From positions 1-28,800 of IMG/VR virus record IMGVR_UViG_3300048575_000179: a stretch of 28,800 nt of DNA; one strand, 5' to 3'. Shown here piece by piece: positions 22,817 to 28,800 of the stretch. The translations under genes were made by a program, and so were the position numbers. A model generated the notes under the pieces. That model was not told the DNA's origin, did not search any database, and worked only from the letters and a program-made list of their open reading frames with translations. The stretch is from a virus. Lineage: Duplodnaviria > Caudoviricetes. The first letter of the stretch is position 1. Each line of letters opens with the position of its first letter.

Positions 22817-23125
22817 TCACTTCCTGGGCGCAGGGCCGGTAAGGGTGCGGTTGACGTCGTTGACCGAGCGCTGCAGTTCCTTCACGTCATCCTTGATCTC
22901 CCTGAGCGTTTCCTTCAGACGCCCGTCCTGCTCGCGGCTGCGCTCGACCACTGCGGCAGCCTGGGACTCGACGACCGTCACGCGCTTGTCCAGTGCGTTG
23001 TAGGCCGTGAAGCCCGAGACGATGAAGCCCACGAAGGTGAGCACATGCCCGAGATTGATGGTGGGATCGAACGCAACGCGGCGGCGCTGCGCGTGCTCGA
23101 CCAGGGGCGAGAGGTCACTGTTCAT
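22817..23125 (-). CDS. Single-TM coiled-coil protein (holin-like, 102 aa)
   Basis: INLGHVLTFVGFIVSGFTAY TM followed by heptad repeats. ATGA-coupled to the portal gene. Confidence 0.75.
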   Translation of the reverse strand: MNSDLSPLVEHAQRRRVAFDPTINLGHVLTFVGFIVSGFTAYNALDKRVTVVESQAAAVVERSREQDGRLKETLREIKDDVKELQRSVNDVNRTLTGPAPRK

Positions 23126-24744
23126 GTGGATTCACCTTCAGGTGGGTTTGCCTCGCCGCCAGCCTTCGGCGGCGCGGCTGCGCCAGCCTTCGGAGTCGGG
23201 AGGATGTTGGCTTTGCGCAGCCGCTCCTCCTCGGCGACCTTCTGGTCGAACGTGTCGTTCCAGTCGGTACCGAACAGCTCCCACTCGGCACGCTCACGGG
23301 ACATGAAGCGCGCATCGACGGCATCGCGGTAAGCCGCCACTTCGTCCTTCGGGTTGATGCTGCCCATGCTGTCGCCGTGCCACAGCGCGCGCGTGTAGGC
23401 CCAGCGCAGCAGGGGGTCGGTGAAAAATCCGGGAGCGGTGACGCGACCTCGCGCCACCGCCTCGGCCATCCATGTTTCGTAGACCGGCTGGCAGAAGGTG
23501 CGCGCCAACCAGGTGCGCACCGAGCGGAAGTAGATGGCGGCATCAAGCAGCGCGGCACGGCTGGCCGAATAGCTGGCGTCGAACTTCTTGATAAGCAGTT
23601 CGTAGGGGATGCCCAGCGCCATGCCGATCTGGCGCAGCACAGCGAGTACGAACGGATCGAAGTTGGGGTTAGGCCGCAGAGGATTGGCAAACTGGGCTTC
23701 CTCGCCCTTTGCGAGATCGACAATGGCCGCAGGCCCCAGCTCGAACACGTTGCCACCTGCGCCACCCTCGCCCGGCGCCCCTTCGCCCTGGAAGACTGGC
23801 GGTACGGCACTGCCGGAATCGCTTTTGATGAAGACGGTGAAGTAGCTGCTGATGACCGCTGCAGCAATCTCGGCCTCGGTGTACCGGGTGAGCTGCTTGA
23901 TGCACCCGACGATGGGAGCCAAGTACGGCACGCCACGTGGCAGTTCCGGGCGCAGCTTACGATAGTGGTGCAGGATGCGGCGACGGCCAGAGCGGCCTAG
24001 ACGTTCATACCAGCGGCCCGCCCAGCGGTTGCCTGCGATGCACGCACCGCCAGGGTGGCGGTCGTAGATGAAGTAGCTCAACGGCACACCGCCAGGCCCC
24101 AGCGTCACGCCGCCGGCCATCGCATCGCTGTCGCGCGCGCCCTGCGGGTTGCCGCAGCGGTCACCCTCCAGCAACTGGATGCGCAAGCGGTAAGGCTGGG
24201 TGTCAGTCGGTTCGCCGTCCGGCAAGATGGTGAAGGTGTCGCCGCTCTCCAGGGTGCTGCGCAGCAGCAGGCCCTGCTGGTCGAAGAAGTTGAGCGTGCC
24301 CGCGATGTCGCACTCAGGGCTGTCGGCCCACAAGCTGAACTCTGCCTGAACATGCATCTTCCACGCCACGGTCTGCTCAACGCTCCAGCCAAGGATGCCG
24401 CGATGCGGCTGCACGCTGAGCGCGAGACCTGTGCCGACTACCCGATCCACGTTGGTGTTGATGGCACCGAGGGCTATCGGGCTGGTACGCACGAGTTCGC
24501 GTGACTGCCCACGCTGCAGCGGCAGATCGCGCAGGCTGTCTGCCTTTGCATCGCGTGGCGCAGGCCGCCACCGGCGTGAGCCTCCGTTATCACGCCCTCC
24601 AGCATCAAAGGCACCGCTCCCGTGCAGCGCCTCGTCACCGCCAAGAGACGCAAGCACGTCGAACTGCATCCGGCTCTTGATACGCTTCAGGGCATAGACC
24701 GGCGCGACACGCTGCACCAGCCTGTCGAGAAGGGAAACGCGCAT
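23122..24744 (-). CDS. Portal protein, lambda family (540 aa)
   Basis: SRELVR, VVGTGL, RGVPYLAP, SYSASRAALL and INPKDEV motifs. Confidence 0.95.
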   Translation of the reverse strand: MRVSLLDRLVQRVAPVYALKRIKSRMQFDVLASLGGDEALHGSGAFDAGGRDNGGSRRWRPAPRDAKADSLRDLPLQRGQSRELVRTSPIALGAINTNVDRVVGTGLALSVQPHRGILGWSVEQTVAWKMHVQAEFSLWADSPECDIAGTLNFFDQQGLLLRSTLESGDTFTILPDGEPTDTQPYRLRIQLLEGDRCGNPQGARDSDAMAGGVTLGPGGVPLSYFIYDRHPGGACIAGNRWAGRWYERLGRSGRRRILHHYRKLRPELPRGVPYLAPIVGCIKQLTRYTEAEIAAAVISSYFTVFIKSDSGSAVPPVFQGEGAPGEGGAGGNVFELGPAAIVDLAKGEEAQFANPLRPNPNFDPFVLAVLRQIGMALGIPYELLIKKFDASYSASRAALLDAAIYFRSVRTWLARTFCQPVYETWMAEAVARGRVTAPGFFTDPLLRWAYTRALWHGDSMGSINPKDEVAAYRDAVDARFMSRERAEWELFGTDWNDTFDQKVAEEERLRKANILPTPKAGAAAPPKAGGEANPPEGEST

Positions 24745-24747
24745 GTA

Positions 24748-24999
24748 TCAATACCTCGGGCGTAGGTAGGAGATACGGCCACGCCCGGTCGATGCCGCAG
24801 TGAGGCGCGCGATCTCCATGCGCACCTCGCGAATGCCGTTTTGCACCTGCTCCAGCTCAGCCCGGCGCGTGCGGCGCGCGGTGCCACCGTTGCCGACCTG
24901 GTACTCCTGGGACTCAAGGATCTTGGTCTCTGCGGCGAGATACCGGGCCAGACGCTGACGCGCATCCTCAAGCTGCGTAGCGATGGTGTTTGCGCTCAT
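24748..24999 (-). CDS. Head completion protein (gpW-like, 83 aa)
   Basis: YLAAE.KIL..QEY.....R..RA.L..V..GI pattern; directly upstream of the portal gene. Confidence 0.75.
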   Translation of the reverse strand: MSANTIATQLEDARQRLARYLAAETKILESQEYQVGNGGTARRTRRAELEQVQNGIREVRMEIARLTAASTGRGRISYLRPRY

Positions 25000-25754
25000 G
25001 CCCAACTGCCTCCGCGCGACTTGAGCGCTGTAATGGCCTTTTCAAACTCGGGACGAAAGCGCTCCAGCGCCACTTTCTGAACCACGCCGGAAAAATCCAG
25101 GCGGCGGCTGTAGTCGGGCGCATTGCTGGTGAACACAAACAACGCACGAATGCGGTGCCCTTCGCGGCGCCAGATGCCGCTGGGACGATTCCCACCGCGT
25201 GGCATGCCGACGAAGAGGTCGTTGGCAAGCTGCCGGCCTTTGGCAAGGCGCTTTCCAGTACCGCGTTCGCGCGTTGCGCTGGCAGCACGGATGTTTTTCA
25301 ATGCGCCGAGGATGGTGCGCACCTCCGCACCCTTGACGTTGCCGCTTGCGTCAAGCGACAGACCTGGGCCAGGCATTGCGTATTGGGATGAACCCAACAC
25401 ACCGGCGTAGCGCATGGCGTTCTCCATGCGTTTGTGCTTGCGCACGCCCCCCTCAACCTCGGGCTGGAGAAAACTCTCGGGTGCGATGCCAGAGCCTTCA
25501 CCCGCGTTCTTGACCATCACACGGGCAGAGAGGTTGTCCTTGCTGGCGGGCTCGATGCGCAGCGCGTTCAGCGTATAGGCAACCGGGTTGGCAAACACGC
25601 GACGCATCTCCGCAGGTAGTTCCGTGCGCTGTGCATGCTGCGCGCAACGGGTGAGTGCGGTGGCGGCTGCGTACGGCAGCATGCGTCTTGGCACGTCACC
25701 AATCTGCGCGGCGACGGTGGCAATGTCGAGGCCACTGCGGCGGACTGTGATCAT
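24996..25754 (-). CDS. Basic neck/tail-completion (gpZ-like) protein (252 aa)
   Basis: PYAAATALTR.A, VF.NP..YTLN, EGG.R..K..E and Y.RRLDF motifs of phage minor tail/neck proteins; Arg-rich. Confidence 0.6.
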   Translation of the reverse strand: MITVRRSGLDIATVAAQIGDVPRRMLPYAAATALTRCAQHAQRTELPAEMRRVFANPVAYTLNALRIEPASKDNLSARVMVKNAGEGSGIAPESFLQPEVEGGVRKHKRMENAMRYAGVLGSSQYAMPGPGLSLDASGNVKGAEVRTILGALKNIRAASATRERGTGKRLAKGRQLANDLFVGMPRGGNRPSGIWRREGHRIRALFVFTSNAPDYSRRLDFSGVVQKVALERFRPEFEKAITALKSRGGSWA

Positions 25755-25769
25755 GCGATTCGGTACCCC

Positions 25770-25806
25770 AAAACAAAGCCCCCGGAGCCTTTCGGCTGCC
25801 GGGGGC
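25770..25806 (-). terminator. tR'-like terminator upstream of the first head-operon gene
   Basis: Minus strand GCCCCCGG-C-AGCC-GAAA-GGCT-CCGGGGGC-TTTGTTTT. Confidence 0.8.
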
Positions 25807-25893
25807 GGGCTTCACAACTGCGTTGTGGACTATGTATTTTCAGCTAGGCGCAATTTCGACACCTACCTGATTTAGGGTGAATTTTCGGGTGTT

Positions 25894-25940
25894 TTGTCAC
25901 ATGGAGTCGAGCGGTAAATTGTCACCTCCAGAGGTGACAA
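25894..25940. promoter_or_regulatory. Late control region with inverted repeat
   Basis: TTGTCACCTC-CA-GAGGTGACAA (25919-25940) plus an extra TTGTCAC at 25894-25900, in a 200-bp AT-richer gap after the Q-like gene. Confidence 0.6.
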
Positions 25941-25955
25941 AAAACCATTTGACAG

Positions 25956-26486
25956 TCACTTTCCAAGTTCGCTACGAATATCCCGTTCATGCTGCATTCT
26001 CAGGAGTTTCTGCCGTTCCAATTCCAGAATTGCGCAAGACGCGGAATAGAGGTGTTTGCGGAATTCCGTCAGTGACCGATAGAAGTGCTGACGGCTAATG
26101 CCCAACGCCGCTGCCGCGCGCTTGACGGGTGCGACGCGGTACACGTAGTAAAGCTCGAATACTCTTTTTTCGAGTTCGTCTGGCTGACACGTGTACGCCA
26201 TATGGAAAGCGGCCAGCTCTGCGCTACAGACCGCATCGGGACCGCCCGGAATCAGTGGGCGCATACGCGTCGCGCTGCTGAGTTGCCCAAGCACAGATCC
26301 CATGCTGGGAGGCGGCCCATACAGCCGCCGCGATGCTTTCCAGCTCGCCCAGCGCTCGCACAGATCATCAAGATCACGCTGTTCATCATTGAGCGGTGGC
26401 GACACGTCGTCTCCATCGGTCAACGGTGCAGGCGCGGCCAGTCGCAAGGCGTCGGAGTCTATGTGGTTGGGGGTCTTCTTAGTCAT
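25956..26486 (-). CDS. Late gene regulator, antiterminator Q/sigma region 4-like (176 aa)
   Basis: L.DLCERWASW N-terminal motif, then VFELYY and the C-terminal HTH VKRAAAALGISRQHFYRSL. Followed by a control region and terminator. Confidence 0.7.
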   Translation of the reverse strand: MTKKTPNHIDSDALRLAAPAPLTDGDDVSPPLNDEQRDLDDLCERWASWKASRRLYGPPPSMGSVLGQLSSATRMRPLIPGGPDAVCSAELAAFHMAYTCQPDELEKRVFELYYVYRVAPVKRAAAALGISRQHFYRSLTEFRKHLYSASCAILELERQKLLRMQHERDIRSELGK

Positions 26487-28594
26487 CGGCGTAGTCCTCG
26501 TGAACGCATGCGCCGCCCGCTGTTGGCGGGCTGCGGATTGAGTTGTGCTGGCGCTGCCATTGGCGCGCGCGCTGGGATGGATGCAGGTGCGGGACTGTCC
26601 AGCGCATGCGGCGGCTGTACAGACGTCTGGACGGCGGGCAACGCAGGCGCATTCAAAAGCGCGGCATCCGCTGGTGCTACTGGCGACGTGGAATCTGTCG
26701 TTGCAGCGACTTCAAGCGCGAACAGCCCACGCGTGGGAGGGATCAGCTTGTCGCGCAGGCGCTTCCAATCCATGGCACTCCACTTGTGCAGGCCCAACTG
26801 GTGCGCCAGGGCGAGGTTGTACACACTCGTGTCCCAGGCCTCATTGCGCACGCCATTGGGCTTGACCCACTTGCGCACGGCATGGCCCTTGCGGTATTCG
26901 GTGCGCGGCTGCTCGGCCACCATCATGTCAGCCCACTCGCTCGGGAGCTGATCGTGAAAATGCATGGCGCCGGGCCCTTCGGTTAGATGCATGCGATTGG
27001 ACAGCCAGTCTTTGGCGGTGTCGGTGCCAACGGCCCACAGCTCGACACCCCCTGGCACCTTGTTTCCACCCCAATCGATGTCCATGCGGTTGGGTGAGCT
27101 GCCAATGATGGGCTTGTTCGGGCGCGGCGTACCGTGGAACACCACGCACCCGAGTGCCTTGCGCGGCGCGCCGTAGTTGTACACGTCCTGCGTGTTGGAG
27201 CCGGCCGAGTCTACTCCGTAGGCGCTAATTCTGATGGGGTTGCCGCTGGCATGCAGCAGCGGCGTGCGCTTGATTTCATCAAGACGCTGCCACACACTTC
27301 CAGGCGTGTCAGGCGGCTCAGTGGGCGAACCATTGAGCACGATGTAATCGATAACCCAGTGTTCCAGTCCCGGTCCCCAGGCTTCGATCTGCAACTCCAG
27401 CCGGTTGGGCTGCGTATCGCCAGCCATGGTCACAACCAGGGCCTGATCAGGAACCACGCGGGGGGTGTAGCTTTCGGCACGCGCGCGCAGTTGTGCGGCC
27501 GTTGTGACGGTTTCGGTGTTCTTGTAGCTCAGCCCGAGGCGGGTGTTGTAAAACACCTGCATGGCTTCATGGTCGCCACGCTTGAGGCGGTCTTTAGCGC
27601 GCGCGTACTGGCGGGCGAGCGAAAGCCAAGTGATGGCGCCGATGGGCATGTAGAACGCCGACATGGTGAAACTGATGGTTTCTCCATCGCCCACGGCAGT
27701 GGGAACCCAGCGCGCCCGGCCGCCGCCGTCCACATCGGGCAGTATGGCGGCCTTGTGGTGTTCTTCAATGTCGCAGCCGCAGCCGGGGCAGGTGAACCAG
27801 GCACGATCCATGAAGCCGGTGTCTTCATCGCGGCGGTAGTGGAAGTTCTTCAGCACCAGTGCGTGCAGGTGGTCGCAATGCGGGCAGGGAACGTGGTATT
27901 CCTCGCGCGTTCCCATCTCGAACAAGGTGTCTATCTTGGAAAAATGCTCGATAGATGGGCTGCTGGTGTAGAAGAACTTGGCCTCGTTCTCGTACTGTGT
28001 TGCGCGCGCCTCTGCAATTTCAACGGGGTCGCCTTCGCCATCCACGTCGAGCTGGGCGCGGTCGATTTCGTCGAAGTAGATATATGGTGCCGAGACTTCC
28101 GCCAGATTGGCCGCCGAACCCGCCGTATTCATGTAGATGGTGGCGTCACCCTTGAAATCCTTGGCCTGGACGGTGTTGCGCGAATCACGGCTCTTGACTG
28201 CCGCCACGCACTCCCGCAGCTCGGGCACGTTGCGGATCATGGCGGCCACGCGCGCACTGAAGCGCTTGACCAGCGTATCGGTGGGCTCCAGCGCCAGGAT
28301 GTTCTTGGGCCTGCGATGAATGAGCGAGGCGATCCAGTTCAAGGCGGTTTGCGTCTTGAACATCTGCGATGCCACACGCGCCACCACCCGCTTGCACGGG
28401 TGATTGGGCGAGAGCACCTGATGCACGCGGCGCGCCGGATAGCTGCGCTGGAATCGGAACGGACCGGGCTGAGGGCTGCTCTTGGGCAGCACCATGAACT
28501 CCTCAGCCCACAAATCGCAGCGCAGCTCGGGGTCAGGGCGCATGGCTTCGATGGCCGTATCCATGACAAGGGCGTAACCATCAGGTCGGTTCAT
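26483..28594 (-). CDS. Terminase large subunit, GpA family (703 aa)
   Basis: Walker B YFDEID, EGDP..AEAR, SSPS, CPHC/CPGC, DTQ.NRLE and RNEAWD..VY motifs. Confidence 0.95.
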   Translation of the reverse strand: MNRPDGYALVMDTAIEAMRPDPELRCDLWAEEFMVLPKSSPQPGPFRFQRSYPARRVHQVLSPNHPCKRVVARVASQMFKTQTALNWIASLIHRRPKNILALEPTDTLVKRFSARVAAMIRNVPELRECVAAVKSRDSRNTVQAKDFKGDATIYMNTAGSAANLAEVSAPYIYFDEIDRAQLDVDGEGDPVEIAEARATQYENEAKFFYTSSPSIEHFSKIDTLFEMGTREEYHVPCPHCDHLHALVLKNFHYRRDEDTGFMDRAWFTCPGCGCDIEEHHKAAILPDVDGGGRARWVPTAVGDGETISFTMSAFYMPIGAITWLSLARQYARAKDRLKRGDHEAMQVFYNTRLGLSYKNTETVTTAAQLRARAESYTPRVVPDQALVVTMAGDTQPNRLELQIEAWGPGLEHWVIDYIVLNGSPTEPPDTPGSVWQRLDEIKRTPLLHASGNPIRISAYGVDSAGSNTQDVYNYGAPRKALGCVVFHGTPRPNKPIIGSSPNRMDIDWGGNKVPGGVELWAVGTDTAKDWLSNRMHLTEGPGAMHFHDQLPSEWADMMVAEQPRTEYRKGHAVRKWVKPNGVRNEAWDTSVYNLALAHQLGLHKWSAMDWKRLRDKLIPPTRGLFALEVAATTDSTSPVAPADAALLNAPALPAVQTSVQPPHALDSPAPASIPARAPMAAPAQLNPQPANSGRRMRSRGLRR

Positions 28595-28800
28595 TCAGCG
28601 AGCCCTCCGAAATAGCTCGACAAGTGCCACTGCAGCCTGCAGCGGTACGACGCCATTTCCAACCTGGCGCAGCTGGTGAGCGCGGGATTCGTCCACCAGA
28701 TAGGCCATCCCATCAGCCAGCATGCAAACGCCGGGTTCAACCGCCGGGGCAAGGTCCGGTCTGTTGGAGACAATTGCCGACCATCGAGGGTCGAGAGGAC
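28591..28800 (-). CDS. 3' end of a DNA cytosine methylase-associated phage ORF (partial)
   Basis: Frame is open to the window edge. The RLNPAF..WLMGWP..WT motif is typical of phage DNA methylase C-termini. ATGA-coupled to TerL. Confidence 0.55.
   Translation of the reverse strand, partial: VLSTLDGRQLSPTDRTLPRRLNPAFACWLMGWPIWWTNPALTSCARLEMASYRCRLQWHLSSYFGGLAE

Larger units (their letters stand above)
200..28800 (-). mobile_element. Lambda-like siphovirus prophage (late region; continues beyond the right edge)
   Basis: Continuous minus-strand series of terminase, portal, protease, capsid, tail, tape measure and lysis genes, mostly coupled by ATGA overlaps. Confidence 0.95.

Noticed and set aside
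1-28800. CRISPR arrays, tRNA/rRNA genes, IS elements, integrase
   Set aside because: None recognised by eye in this window.

Overview
The window is almost entirely the late half of a lambda-like (GpA terminase, lambda portal, S49 protease, GpE capsid) long-tailed prophage on the minus strand, in a high-GC host that is probably a Comamonadaceae betaproteobacterium. Read right to left it runs: end of a DNA-methylase-like ORF, TerL, Q-like regulator, a non-coding control region with an inverted repeat and terminator, head genes, tail genes and a lysis cassette (holin-like, SAR endolysin, Rz/Rz1). A 2.8-kb accessory block follows, then a probable att junction at about 200 that cuts the 5' end of a host gene. 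The main observation is that accessory block (371-3170). It holds two tandem operons. Each starts with a near-identical 64-bp promoter carrying TATAAT and the palindrome CACGCA-T-TGCGTG, carries different small unknown genes, and ends in a near-identical small HTH gene resembling the anti-CRISPR-associated repressor Aca10. This suggests a modular anti-defence island with seven candidate genes I do not recognise. Other oddities are a 17-aa Trp-rich peptide coupled between endolysin and Rz, an antisense membrane gene where tail chaperones normally sit, a holin-like gene inside the head module, and TerL separated from the head operon. All family assignments come from motif recognition and synteny, not database searches.
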